Source of the DNA: an uncultured delta proteobacterium
GTDB lineage: Bacteria; Desulfobacterota; Desulfuromonadia; Desulfuromonadales; BM103
Length of the DNA: 64,000 bases
Direction of reading: 5' to 3'
Assembly: GCA_963715335.1 (NCBI GenBank)
Contig: CAVQRZ010000005.1
Span: 96,001 to 160,000, forward strand
Shown here: positions 50,011 to 60,072 of the stretch, piece by piece
Layout: every line of letters starts with the position of its first letter
How positions within the stretch are numbered: the first letter of the stretch is position 1
Position numbers and translations under genes: made by a program
The notes under the pieces: model-generated
Databases searched by the model: none
Told to the model about the DNA's origin: nothing
The model's input: only the letters and a program-made list of their open reading frames with translations

Positions 50011-51003
50011 ATGTCAAAAACTCCGAGCCAACACCCTTTCGAAGCCCTGACTCCCAGTTTCATCATGGATGCCGTCGAGAGCTGTGATGTCCTGTGTGAT
50101 TGCAGGAACTTCGCTCTGAACAGCTACGAGAACCGCGTCTACCAGGTCGGCATAGAGGACGGTGATCCGTTGATCGCCAAATTTTATCGTCCCGCACGCT
50201 GGAGCGATGAACAGATCCTCGAGGAGCACCGGTTCTGCTTCGAACTCGCGGAACACGAACTGCCGGTCGTCGCTCCGATTATCAACGAACAGGGAGCAAG
50301 CCTCTTCCATTACCAGGGCTTCCGGTTTGCCCTGTACCCGCGCCAGGGCGGCCACGCCCCGGAATTTGACAATTTCGACAACCTTCTGATCATGGGGCGG
50401 ACTCTGGGACGCATCCACGCGATCGCCGCGACCCGTCCTTTTGAACATCGCCCCCGGCTCGACTGCACAACCTTCGGCCATGAGTCCGTCGCTCTGATCA
50501 GCGACCGGTTCATCATTGCCGAGTACAAGGCAAACTACGATGCACTGACCCGCGACCTGCTGCAGACGCTCGACGACCTGCTCGCCGGGTTCGACGATTC
50601 CGCTTACATTCGCACCCACGGCGACTGCCATGCCGGAAACGTCTTGTGGCGCGGAGACGCACCGCATTTTGTTGATTTCGATGATGCCCGAAGCGCTCCG
50701 GCGATTCAGGATCTCTGGATGATGCTTTCGGGGGATCGTGCTCATCAGACGGCGCAGCTGGCGGAGATTGTCGAGGGGTATAACGAGTTCTACGATTTCC
50801 GACCGGGAGAATTACGGCTCGTGGAAGCTTTGCGAACCCTGAGGATTTTGCACTACTGCGCCTGGCTGGCAAGGCGCTGGGACGACCCGGCGTTCCCGCA
50901 CCACTTCCCCTGGTTCAATACGACCAACTACTGGGGTGAGCACATCCTGCAGCTGCGCGAACAGATGGCAGCTTTGAACGAGCCGCCTTTGGCAACCAGT
51001 TAA
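50011..51003 (+). CDS. srkA: Stress response kinase A (SrkA/RdoA/YihE)
   Basis: LNSYENRVY, KFYRP.RWSDEQILEEH, HGDCHAGN, VDFDD, QDLWM, WLARRWDDPAFP. Confidence 0.94.
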   Translation: MSKTPSQHPFEALTPSFIMDAVESCDVLCDCRNFALNSYENRVYQVGIEDGDPLIAKFYRPARWSDEQILEEHRFCFELAEHELPVVAPIINEQGASLFHYQGFRFALYPRQGGHAPEFDNFDNLLIMGRTLGRIHAIAATRPFEHRPRLDCTTFGHESVALISDRFIIAEYKANYDALTRDLLQTLDDLLAGFDDSAYIRTHGDCHAGNVLWRGDAPHFVDFDDARSAPAIQDLWMMLSGDRAHQTAQLAEIVEGYNEFYDFRPGELRLVEALRTLRILHYCAWLARRWDDPAFPHHFPWFNTTNYWGEHILQLREQMAALNEPPLATS

Positions 51004-51125
51004 CCGGCACCGCGCCACCTCGATCGCAGCCGGGTCAAAGTAAAATTGATGATAAAAACCCTGCATTTCCGGATTCACTCTTTGGCCGGCAGTGATCCAA
51101 GTCTTCCATGCCTCACGCATCCCGA

Positions 51126-52262
51126 CTACGCCTGCCGGACAATTTCTACCAGAAGTTCCGTAACCTCGACCATATCGGCAACAGCCACGTATTCATCGTG
51201 GGTATGGACCTTTTTCATGCCGGTGGACAGAATGATCATTTCGACACCGTGACCATTGAAAATATTGGCATCACTGCCGCCGCCACCCAGGCGGACCTTA
51301 AGCTCCTTGCCCAACCCTGCGGCCGCAGACCTGGCCAGCTTGACCGTTTCGGCATCTTCAGACACCGACATGCTCGGAAAATCCGACCGGATATCGGCGC
51401 GGATCTTCGGCACGACCTGTTTGCCGTCGATCGTCCGGGCCATCTCTGCCGCTGCAGCCTCGAAACAGGCCAGCATGTGCGCCGTCTGCTCCTGCAACTT
51501 GCCTGCATCGTGACTGCGCGCCTCACCGACGATCGAGACCTTCTGCGGCACGATATTCCGGGCGACGCCGCCCTCGATGCGGCCAATATTGGCCGTTGTC
51601 TCTTCATCGATACGACCCAGGCGCATCCGGCTGATCGCCAGAGCCGCGGTATGGATTGCCGAGAGGCCCCGCTCCGGCGCTATGCCGGCATGGGAGGCCA
51701 CCCCTTCGACGTCGATCTGCAGCTGGTTGGCTCCCGGCGCCCGCAGAACCATCCAGCCGGTGCCTTCCGTATCCAGAGCGTAACCGCGTTTTGACTCCAG
51801 CAGGGCGTAATCCAGGTTTTTCGCTCCGATCAGGCCGATCTCTTCGGCGATCGTAACCACCACTTCAATTGGTCCGTGCGGAACCTTCTGTTCGCGGATA
51901 ACCTCCAGGGCCTCGATCAGTTCCGCGATCCCGGCCTTGTCATCGGCACCGAGCACCGTGTCGCCGGCGCTGAAGAAAATGCCATCCCGCAGGACGGGCT
52001 TTACCTGGCCTCCCGGTTCGACCGTATCCATGTGTACGGAGAAGAGGAGCGACTCGGCGTGTTTGCCCCGTCCTGGAAACCTGGCGACCAGGTTTCCGAC
52101 CTCGCCACCGGTCGCTTCAGCGGCATTGTCAAAAAGTACTTCGGCGCCAAGTTTCTCAAGACGTTTGGCGAGGTAGCAGGCAATCTCACTTTCATGCAAA
52201 GGGGGGCTGTTGATTGCCGCCAGGCGGGCAAATTCGTCACTCAGGCGCTGCCGGTTGACCAT
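51126..52262 (-). CDS. M20B peptidase (peptidase T-like)
   Basis: HMDTV, LGADDKAG, AEEIGL, SHAG..PERG, GGGSDAN, VHTHDE. Confidence 0.92.
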   Translation of the reverse strand: MVNRQRLSDEFARLAAINSPPLHESEIACYLAKRLEKLGAEVLFDNAAEATGGEVGNLVARFPGRGKHAESLLFSVHMDTVEPGGQVKPVLRDGIFFSAGDTVLGADDKAGIAELIEALEVIREQKVPHGPIEVVVTIAEEIGLIGAKNLDYALLESKRGYALDTEGTGWMVLRAPGANQLQIDVEGVASHAGIAPERGLSAIHTAALAISRMRLGRIDEETTANIGRIEGGVARNIVPQKVSIVGEARSHDAGKLQEQTAHMLACFEAAAAEMARTIDGKQVVPKIRADIRSDFPSMSVSEDAETVKLARSAAAGLGKELKVRLGGGGSDANIFNGHGVEMIILSTGMKKVHTHDEYVAVADMVEVTELLVEIVRQA

Positions 52263-52467
52263 GCAAGTCTCCTTTGTTGTAATGACTCACTTTAGTACCT
52301 TATCCTGCCCCTTTGTGACAAGCAAAACCGGTTGATTCGATCCCCAAACCAGAATAAATTCGACAACAGCTTCTACAGATTTCTAGACAAATCCATCGCA
52401 GGGCTGATATCATCAATAAATTTTGTTTTCCGGTAAGTTGACTCTTTTTCTCGCGGGAAAAAAGCTC

Positions 52468-53784
52468 TTGAATTCAGATTTCCATCCGCCAAAATCATCG
52501 CCTGTAACCCGTCGCCGCTCAGCCCCGCGCCTGCGGCTCTGGCTGACCCTGGCCCTGGTTGCTCTGCTTGTCATTCCGCTGTTCTTGCGTCCGACGGTGA
52601 CCAGCACCGAAGCCAACATGTCGGAGCCGGCCATACCAGCACCGCCACCGGTTCCGGAAATCCGCAAGGAGACCATCAAGGGGACCGTTGCCCAGGGCGA
52701 TACGGCGACCGCAATATTGGGTGACTATTTCTCGGCGGGCGAGATCCATGAACTGAGCAGGCAGTGCAAACCGGTCTTCCCCCTCTCCCGCCTCAGCGCC
52801 GGACAAGCATACCGGCTCTGCCTGAGCAATGATGACTTCGAACGCTTCGAGTACGACATCGACCACGATGAGCAACTGATTATTTCCCGCGAGGCGGAGG
52901 AATTCTCCGTTCAGAAGGTACCGATCCCCTACACGACCGAAACTGTTCGCGTCCGGGGCAAGATAGAAACCAGCCTGTTCGAAGCGGTCACCGACTCGGG
53001 AGAAAGTGATGTCCTGGCTATGAACCTGGCTGATATTTTCGCCTGGGACATCGACTTCATTCTTGATATCCGCCAAGGCGATTCATTCCAGGCGTTGGTG
53101 GAAAAGCGTTACCGAGACGGACAACCGGCCGGTTACGGTCGCATCCTGGCGGCAGAATTCACCAACCAGGGGAAAACCTTCCAGGCCCTTCTCTACCAGG
53201 ACGGTGACCGCCGCCCCGATTACTTCGACGCCGAAGGGCAGAGCCTGCGCAAGGCCTTCCTCAAGGCGCCACTCTCTTTCTCCCGCATCTCGTCCGGATT
53301 CAGCATGCGCCGTTTCCACCCGATCACCAAAACCTGGAAATCCCACCCGGCGATCGACTACGCAGCAACTCCGGGGACACCGATCAAAAGTGTCGGGGAT
53401 GGCGTCATCATCAAAAAGGGCTACAACAAGGGGAATGGCAACTATGTGAAGATCCGGCACAATAGTAGCTACGAAACCCTGTATCTGCACATGAAAGGCT
53501 TCGCCAAGGGGATCGCCCAGGGTAAACGCGTGGCACAGGGACAGACGATCGGCTACGTCGGCAGCACCGGCCTGGCCACCGGGCCGCATCTCTGTTTCCG
53601 GATGTACAAAAATGGTGCCCCGGTCAACCCGCAACAGGTCAAGGCTCCATCGGCTAAACCGGTCTCTGCAGAGAACCTGGCTGATTTCAAACTCGAGGCT
53701 GCAACCCTTACCGCCTCGCTGGCCGATCATCAACCGGTCAAAACGGCGCAGCAGCACTCGGCAGGCACATCGGTTATCCAGTAG
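52468..53784 (+). CDS. M23 peptidoglycan DD-endopeptidase (MepM/Csd3-like); start uncertain
   Basis: TM, IFAWDIDF..DIRQGD.F, AAEFTNQG, FLKAPL...RISSGF, HPAIDYA, TGPHL.F. Confidence 0.9.
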   Translation: MNSDFHPPKSSPVTRRRSAPRLRLWLTLALVALLVIPLFLRPTVTSTEANMSEPAIPAPPPVPEIRKETIKGTVAQGDTATAILGDYFSAGEIHELSRQCKPVFPLSRLSAGQAYRLCLSNDDFERFEYDIDHDEQLIISREAEEFSVQKVPIPYTTETVRVRGKIETSLFEAVTDSGESDVLAMNLADIFAWDIDFILDIRQGDSFQALVEKRYRDGQPAGYGRILAAEFTNQGKTFQALLYQDGDRRPDYFDAEGQSLRKAFLKAPLSFSRISSGFSMRRFHPITKTWKSHPAIDYAATPGTPIKSVGDGVIIKKGYNKGNGNYVKIRHNSSYETLYLHMKGFAKGIAQGKRVAQGQTIGYVGSTGLATGPHLCFRMYKNGAPVNPQQVKAPSAKPVSAENLADFKLEAATLTASLADHQPVKTAQQHSAGTSVIQ

Positions 53785-53802
53785 CATCCAAGGGGGCATT
53801 TG

Positions 53803-54963
53803 ATGGCTATCAGACTCGGCGAATTACTGATCAAAAAAAACCTGCTGACCCAGACTCAGCTTGAAGAAGCTTTGCAGGCTCAGGTCATTTTTGGCGGCAC
53901 GCTCGGCACGATCCTGATAGAAATGGGACTGATCTCCGAAAACGTCCTTGCCGAGATTCTGGCGAGCCTCCTCAAAATCCCTTGCCTGAAACCTGACCAG
54001 CTTGAGGAGATTCCCGAGCATGTCATCAAGATTATCAGCCCGGAACTGGCAGAAAAGCGCAAGGTCGTGCCTGTGGCAGTCAGCGGCAAGAAGTTGACCC
54101 TGGCGATGGAATCGCCCCACGATCTGAAATGCATCGACGAGATCTCTTTCCGCACTGGATATATTATCGTGCCGATCCTGGCTCTCGAAGTCCGCCTCAT
54201 TTTTGCCCTGGAACACTACTACGGCATCAAGCGCACGATGCGCTATATCGCCCCACCGAAAGAGGTCCGCGACGAGCTGGATAAGGCACCGGTCTTTCAC
54301 ACGCCCGAAGGGCCGCTCGCCGCGGCAGAGACAGATGAAGACCTCAGCGAACCGGGATCCGAGCTGATCTACCAGAGGCCGGACACGTCGGTCGCAAATG
54401 TCAAAGAAGAAAAACCGGCCGGGGTCATCGAAGAGCTCGACGACATCGAGGTCATCGAAGACCTGGTCGAAGAAGAAGTCACCCTTGCCAGCACTTCCCG
54501 GGCATTAATCAAAGTCTCCGACCGCAACGATGTCGCCGATGCAGTTATCTCTTACCTAGGAACGCACTATGCGAGGGTCGCCCTGTTCATGGTGGTGGCC
54601 GGGCAGGTCACCGGCTGGCGTTCGGCGAAACAAGGGGTGGCAATCCCGGGATTTGACCAGTTCCAGCTGCCCCTCTCGGAGCCCTCGGTGTTGAAAACCG
54701 CCGTCGCCAGCAACAGTTATTTTCTCGGCCCGGTGCAGCAGAGCGGCGCGAACCTTGCCCTGACGTCCTTCCTCGGCAAGCCCGCACCAAAAGCCGCACT
54801 GCTCATCCCGATGAGCATGCTTGGCCGCGTGGTCGGCCTGATCTATGTCGACGACCCCGATGCCGATCTCTCCCAAGCGGTTGTCGAAGTCCAGCAGCTC
54901 GCCAGCAAGGCATTGATGGCGTTTGAAATCCTGATTTTGCACAACAAGATCCTCAGAACCTGA
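53803..54963 (+). CDS. MshEN (GspE N-terminal) domain protein without ATPase
   Basis: RLGELLIKKNLLTQTQLEEALQAQ..GGTLGTILIEMGLI, LTLAMESP, an acidic linker and a GAF-like C-terminus (LLIPM....RVVGLIYVD). Confidence 0.82.
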   Translation: MAIRLGELLIKKNLLTQTQLEEALQAQVIFGGTLGTILIEMGLISENVLAEILASLLKIPCLKPDQLEEIPEHVIKIISPELAEKRKVVPVAVSGKKLTLAMESPHDLKCIDEISFRTGYIIVPILALEVRLIFALEHYYGIKRTMRYIAPPKEVRDELDKAPVFHTPEGPLAAAETDEDLSEPGSELIYQRPDTSVANVKEEKPAGVIEELDDIEVIEDLVEEEVTLASTSRALIKVSDRNDVADAVISYLGTHYARVALFMVVAGQVTGWRSAKQGVAIPGFDQFQLPLSEPSVLKTAVASNSYFLGPVQQSGANLALTSFLGKPAPKAALLIPMSMLGRVVGLIYVDDPDADLSQAVVEVQQLASKALMAFEILILHNKILRT

Positions 54964-54965
54964 CC

Positions 54966-55556
54966 TTGAACTACCTCGTTCACCTTTTTCTGGCCGGACC
55001 CGATCCCGAGCATCAACTCGGCGGGCTGATGGGTGATTTTGTCAAAGGCCCGATTCCTGAAGGCTACCCTCGAGGAATAGCGCAGGGATTGCACCTGCAC
55101 CGGCGCATCGACAGCTTTTCCCATAACAACCTCCACACCCGCAGAAGCCGGAACCGGCTGGGCCAGAGATACGGCCATGGGCGCGGCATTATCGTCGACA
55201 TCTTCTACGACCACTTCTTGGCATCCTCGTGGTCCGAGTACTCTCCAGAGCCTCTTGAAGATTATGCTGAAGGAGTCTACAAACTTCTGCAAACCCATCA
55301 CCAACTGCTGCCTGACGACCTCAAGGCGGTCTCGGCGCGCATGATCGAGCACAACTGGCTGGTCTCTTACCGCCATAGCGAAGTTGTCGGCAGAGCTCTC
55401 CACAGGATCTCCCAGCGTTTGAGCAGACCGCTGCCCCTGGCAGACGCGACCGAAGATCTGGCCTGCCATGAGGATGCCTTACGCAGTGATTTCAGGGAGT
55501 TTATGCAAGAGGCCGGTCTGTTCACCAGCAAAGAAGCGGCAATCAACCCCTTCTGA
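54966..55556 (+). CDS. acpH: ACP phosphodiesterase
   Basis: MNYLVHLFLA, MGDFVKG, LHRRIDSF, DIFYDHFLA. Confidence 0.9.
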   Translation: MNYLVHLFLAGPDPEHQLGGLMGDFVKGPIPEGYPRGIAQGLHLHRRIDSFSHNNLHTRRSRNRLGQRYGHGRGIIVDIFYDHFLASSWSEYSPEPLEDYAEGVYKLLQTHHQLLPDDLKAVSARMIEHNWLVSYRHSEVVGRALHRISQRLSRPLPLADATEDLACHEDALRSDFREFMQEAGLFTSKEAAINPF

Positions 55557-55589
55557 GGATCGACTGCATATCCCGGACGTATCAAGCTG

Positions 55590-56207
55590 TCAACCAGCCA
55601 TGATCTGGCGAATGCCATCGACAACAAACTGGACCGAAAGGGCTGCCAGGATCACACCAAACAGACGCCGCAGGATGTTGTCCCCGGTCCGTCCGATGAC
55701 GTCCTTGATCCGGCTGGACAGCGAAAGGGCGACAAAGGCGCACAGGTACATGACCATGACCGCCGCGATCAGGAGGAGATTCCCTCCTGCACCAGAGGCT
55801 TTCGAAAAGAGCAGGACGGTCACCGTGAGGCAGCCAGGACCGGCCAGGAGGGGGATCGACATCGGGAAAACCGAGATATCCACGTCGGGACCGCTCTCCC
55901 ACTTCTTGCCGGTTTCCCCCTTGGTGACCATATTGAAGGCCGTCACGAAGAGCAGCAAACCACCAGCTACGCGCAGAGCATCAATACTGATCCCCAGTTT
56001 GACCAGAAGTATCTCGCCAAGGAACGCGAAGGCCAGCACAATCATTAACGATATCAGCGTCGAGCGAAAGGCCATCTGGCGCACATAGGTCCGATCGCAC
56101 TCCGAGGTCAACCCATGGAAGATCAATGCGCAGCCGATCGGGTCGATCACGACGAAATACGACGTCAGTGCATGCAGAAAAATCTCAACGGTCATCGACA
56201 ACTCCAT
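55590..56207 (-). CDS. MarC family inner-membrane protein
   Basis: VVIDPIG, LRVAGGLLLF, VFPMSIPLLAGPG, RLFGVILAALSVQF. Confidence 0.92.
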   Translation of the reverse strand: MELSMTVEIFLHALTSYFVVIDPIGCALIFHGLTSECDRTYVRQMAFRSTLISLMIVLAFAFLGEILLVKLGISIDALRVAGGLLLFVTAFNMVTKGETGKKWESGPDVDISVFPMSIPLLAGPGCLTVTVLLFSKASGAGGNLLLIAAVMVMYLCAFVALSLSSRIKDVIGRTGDNILRRLFGVILAALSVQFVVDGIRQIMAG

Positions 56208-56311
56208 TCGCAGGCAACAGTTGGGATTAACTGTTGAAAAGCCTGAGATCGTTTCTACCTCAGCCCTGACAGCGAGTCAAATTCTAAACCGCAGTCAAAA
56301 AAAATGGCCGG

Positions 56312-56857
56312 CTAGAGGTAAAAGGCCAGGAACAGCAGGGGGATGACGAAACCAATGCAGGTCAGGACAATACCGCGACGCATGCTTTTACGATGGATCA
56401 TCAGCATGCCGCTGACAGCCAGAAACCCGAGCGCAACGGCATAGACGTCAGCAACCCAGGTCCAGCTTTTTTTGGGATGGTTGAGATGCAGGAAGTTCAT
56501 CTCGTGCAGGACCGGACGCGGGATGGCGCGATCGTGAACGACATGCCCGCTGCCCAGGTTGACGAGAATTGAACGGCCTTCGACAAACAGCTGGAGGCTG
56601 TGCGGATCGGGGCGGTAGCTGCTCTCGAGCTTGCCCGTTTCATTGAGCCGGGCGAGGATCGTGCGGATGGTGTCGGCATCCATCGGTTTGCCGGAGATCG
56701 GGCCGATATTGGTTTCAGCGCGCTCTACGCTGTAGCTCGGGTTCCACTGGTTGATATGGTTGACCGCCACCCCGGAGATGGCATAGACCAGGGTCAGCCC
56801 GATACAGAGGAAGCCGATATCACGATGGAGAGCAGTGTTCCAGTGTCGCCAGCCCAT
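56312..56857 (-). CDS. PepSY-associated TM helix domain protein
   Basis: LHRDIGF...LVYAISGVAVNH, MNFLHLN...WTWVADVYA....LAVSG. Confidence 0.82.
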   Translation of the reverse strand: MGWRHWNTALHRDIGFLCIGLTLVYAISGVAVNHINQWNPSYSVERAETNIGPISGKPMDADTIRTILARLNETGKLESSYRPDPHSLQLFVEGRSILVNLGSGHVVHDRAIPRPVLHEMNFLHLNHPKKSWTWVADVYAVALGFLAVSGMLMIHRKSMRRGIVLTCIGFVIPLLFLAFYL

Positions 56858-56859
56858 CT

Positions 56860-57324
56860 TTACAACGAGGGGATCTCGGCACCGAGCCCGCGAATCCGCA
56901 GAACTGTCTCACCCGAAGTCACGCTGGCCGGATCGAAGGCTTCACCGGTCTCTTCGGCGTGATGCTTGCCGCGGGCGATCACTTCGTCCCTGGTCAGTTC
57001 CATGCTTTCCACGATGCCTTCAACGATGGCCTGCTTGCCCCGGGCCTCCATCGGGAAGACGATTTCGCCATCGGTGACCTTGATGCGGATCTTTTCAAAT
57101 TCTCGGTCACCCGCCAGGTAGATCCAGCAACCGCGCCGGCTGCAGACATCCACCACCAGGCCGGACACTTTGACCCTGTGACCGACATAAGCGACGGGAT
57201 TATCGATAATCGAAGAGATGGCCGTCTGTTCCAACTGGGAGACACCCTGGCCAAAGGTCCTGGCAAAAGTGGCCGAAGGGACCAGGATTGTGACGGCGGC
57301 GAGGATAACCAGAAAAGTTCGCAT
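56860..57324 (-). CDS. Exported OB-fold protein (DUF4920-like)
   Basis: Signal peptide, VSG.VVDVCSRRGCW, IKVTDGEIVFP, HHAEE. Start ATG 57324. Confidence 0.78.
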   Translation of the reverse strand: MRTFLVILAAVTILVPSATFARTFGQGVSQLEQTAISSIIDNPVAYVGHRVKVSGLVVDVCSRRGCWIYLAGDREFEKIRIKVTDGEIVFPMEARGKQAIVEGIVESMELTRDEVIARGKHHAEETGEAFDPASVTSGETVLRIRGLGAEIPSL

Positions 57325-57428
57325 GATCTGCTCCTGAGGTTTGATGGACAACGGGATTGATCATACTTTCTCTATATATGGAGAGTCAAGCCATAAACAG
57401 GGTTTTCACTGTGCGACAGGCCGGCAAT

Positions 57429-58757
57429 TTATGCCGGGATTGGCCAATCCGATGCGTAGCCCGGCGGGAAAAATGTTTCGCGGGTCCGGTTGAAATATCC
57501 GTACTGCAACTGCGGGAAACGTAGCTTGTGCTGCCTGAGCATTTCCAGCATGCCGACCCCGTGACCTTCAATGCCGAGGGAAGAGAGGTAGAGAAACGGG
57601 TCAAGGCTCAAGTTGCGCATCTGGACCATGTCGATACCAACCTCATCGATCAGGCCGGCCAGGGCTTCTATCTCATCGCTGCGGTCCGAGACCCCGGGGA
57701 AGACCAGGTAATTCAGCATGGTGTACAGCCCGGCGGCCCTGGCCCGTCTGAGTGACTCGAGGACATCAGCAAAGCGATAACCGCGCGGCCGGTAATAGGC
57801 ATTATAGAAAGACTCCTGGGCCGAATTCAGCGAAACCCTGATCGAGTCGACCCCGGCATCCGCCAGCTGGTCAATCGCATCAGGGATCGACGCGTTGCTG
57901 TTGAAGTTGATCGTGCCACGTTCGGTCTGGCTGCGCATCTGCCGAACCGATTCGACAATGAGACCGGTTTGCATGATCGGGTCGCCCTCACAACCCTGGC
58001 CAAAAGAGACGATAGCATTTTCGGCTTCCCGGAGATGCGGAACCGCCACCTCGCAGAGTTCGGCAACAGTCGGCACGAAGGTCAGGCGCTCCTGGCTGGC
58101 CGGACAGCAGTCCGATTCCTGCAGGGAGATACAACCGATACAGCGTGAATTGCAGGTCGGCGAAGTCGGCAGTGGGGCCTCCCAGCGCCGGAAGAAGAGG
58201 TTCTTGGCGGCAAAGCAGTGGTAATCCACGGCGCAGCGCGCCAGTTGCTCCAACAGGCGGTTGTCAGGATACTCCTGCAGCACCTTGCGCACCAGGGGAT
58301 CGAGCTTGCGATCATCAAAATGGTCTGGCTGCCACTGAGGATTGCGATCAACCTGCACCGCGGCAACATAAAAACGCTCTTCCTCGACACACCAGCCGAC
58401 CGCAGTGTAGGACCAGAGCGGCAGGGTCTGCCCTCTACGCTGGAAATCTGCCGCAGGCAACAGCGTCCGCGTGTAGCCCGGTGTCAGGAAAGCTGAAACA
58501 GCCTGGATACGCCCCCCGCCCCACTCCCTGGGCAGACGATCGACCGTCACCTGCACGCCGCTACGCCGGTCGAATCCGATCGGCGGCGTCTGCGGGATGG
58601 TGAAGAGGCGACTCCCTTCCGGCATCGGCATCATTTCATCAGCGAGCGGCTGAACCGTATCCGTACCGTTCATTCCTGCCAGCAACAGGTCGGGATGCTC
58701 GAAGACCTCGCCCTGTTCATCGGCGACCAGCGCCAGGATCGTTTTGTTTGTTGCCAC
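57429..58757 (-). CDS. Radical SAM protein
   Basis: CNSRCIGC (CxxxCxxC), SFGQGCEGDP, SIRVSLNS. GGAG RBS before GTG 58757. Confidence 0.88.
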   Translation of the reverse strand: MATNKTILALVADEQGEVFEHPDLLLAGMNGTDTVQPLADEMMPMPEGSRLFTIPQTPPIGFDRRSGVQVTVDRLPREWGGGRIQAVSAFLTPGYTRTLLPAADFQRRGQTLPLWSYTAVGWCVEEERFYVAAVQVDRNPQWQPDHFDDRKLDPLVRKVLQEYPDNRLLEQLARCAVDYHCFAAKNLFFRRWEAPLPTSPTCNSRCIGCISLQESDCCPASQERLTFVPTVAELCEVAVPHLREAENAIVSFGQGCEGDPIMQTGLIVESVRQMRSQTERGTINFNSNASIPDAIDQLADAGVDSIRVSLNSAQESFYNAYYRPRGYRFADVLESLRRARAAGLYTMLNYLVFPGVSDRSDEIEALAGLIDEVGIDMVQMRNLSLDPFLYLSSLGIEGHGVGMLEMLRQHKLRFPQLQYGYFNRTRETFFPPGYASDWPIPA

Positions 58758-59006
58758 GTAGAACTCCAGTCCAATGACCCGTCGAAAAATCGAACACCCC
58801 CGTGCGAGAACCCTATTCAGACTAGCATAGGCCGACGTTTCAAACAATTTCTCCCTTGCAGTTATGACCTGATTTTGCGCAACAGAAATACCTCCAAGCC
58901 ATTCCATACTAATATACTGTATATTAATTTTACATAAAAACATCTTGACACAGTTATATAAATATTTTATTTCTTACCTACGAAATCAACTTTAAAGGAG
59001 TCAATC

Positions 59007-59930
59007 ATGCAATCGCTGAGAACAATCACCGTCACTGCCGTTCTTCTGATCGCCCTGCCGGTTCTGGCGGCAGCAGCGATAGAGGACTATTTCGTCCAGA
59101 CCGACTGGCTGGCCGCAAACCACTCACAGGTCGTTGTCCTCGATGCACGCCAGGCACCGCTCTACCTGCTCGGACATATTGACGGGGCTTACAGCATCCC
59201 CCGCAGCGAGTTCCTCGACAAACGCGGTGGGGTCAAGAGCCTCGTACCAACCACCACCGACTTCGAAGTCCTGGTGGAAAAGTTCGGCATCACCCCGAGC
59301 ACCACGGTGATCATCTACGCCGAGCATGACAACCCCTATGCAGCACGCCTTGCCTGGACCCTGAGCTATCATGGCCACGAAAGAGCCCTGGTCCTCGATG
59401 GTGGTTACGAGAAATGGTCCCGTGAAGGGCGTCCTACCTCACTGTTGCCGACCACCGCAGCCGTTCCCAGCGAATATCGCGTCACCTCCCACGGTGAAAC
59501 ACGCGCCGAGGTTGACTACGTTTTGACACGCCTCGGCAATCCCGGCGTGCTGGTCTGGGACACCCGCACTGCCGAAGAATATGTCGGGACCGATGTCCGC
59601 GCCGAGCGCGGCGGTCACATCCCCGGCGCGACCCACCTCAACTGGACCGAACTGCAACATGAGATCGACGGCGTAAAGGTCCTGCGACCCGAGCCGGAAA
59701 TCCGCGCCCTGCTTGCTGCACACGGCATCAACGACGGCCAGGAAATCATTGCCCATTGCCAAACCGGCATCCGATCCTCCTACGCCACCCTGGTTCTCCA
59801 GGCCCTTGGCTACAAGCAGGTCAAGAACTACGACGGCTCCTGGATCGAATGGGCCAACAACCCCGACCTGCCGATCGTCGCCGGCACAGAAACCTCGCAC
59901 AGCGATGAGATTGCCCTGCTCCGCAAGTGA
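59007..59930 (+). CDS. Exported tandem-domain rhodanese / sulfurtransferase
   Basis: Signal peptide (..VLAAA), GHIDGA, LDGG, GGHIPGA, active-site loop HCQTGIRS, YDGSWIEW. Confidence 0.92.
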   Translation: MQSLRTITVTAVLLIALPVLAAAAIEDYFVQTDWLAANHSQVVVLDARQAPLYLLGHIDGAYSIPRSEFLDKRGGVKSLVPTTTDFEVLVEKFGITPSTTVIIYAEHDNPYAARLAWTLSYHGHERALVLDGGYEKWSREGRPTSLLPTTAAVPSEYRVTSHGETRAEVDYVLTRLGNPGVLVWDTRTAEEYVGTDVRAERGGHIPGATHLNWTELQHEIDGVKVLRPEPEIRALLAAHGINDGQEIIAHCQTGIRSSYATLVLQALGYKQVKNYDGSWIEWANNPDLPIVAGTETSHSDEIALLRK

Positions 59931-59968
59931 TTGACTCCGTTTACGCAGCCCGTTCGCGTGGGCACACG

Positions 59969-59999
59969 GGAGTCTGACCGTATCCGGTCAGACTCCTTT
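59969..59999 (+). terminator. Terminator-like hairpin after the rhodanese gene
   Basis: GGAGTCTGACCG-TATC-CGGTCAGACTCC followed by TTTG. Confidence 0.65.
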
Positions 60000-60072
60000 G
60001 CGTTTGGTAAAGAAAATAATTTCACGCCGCAAATTTCGAGCTATACTATCGGCAAAAATGAGGATGCGAAAC

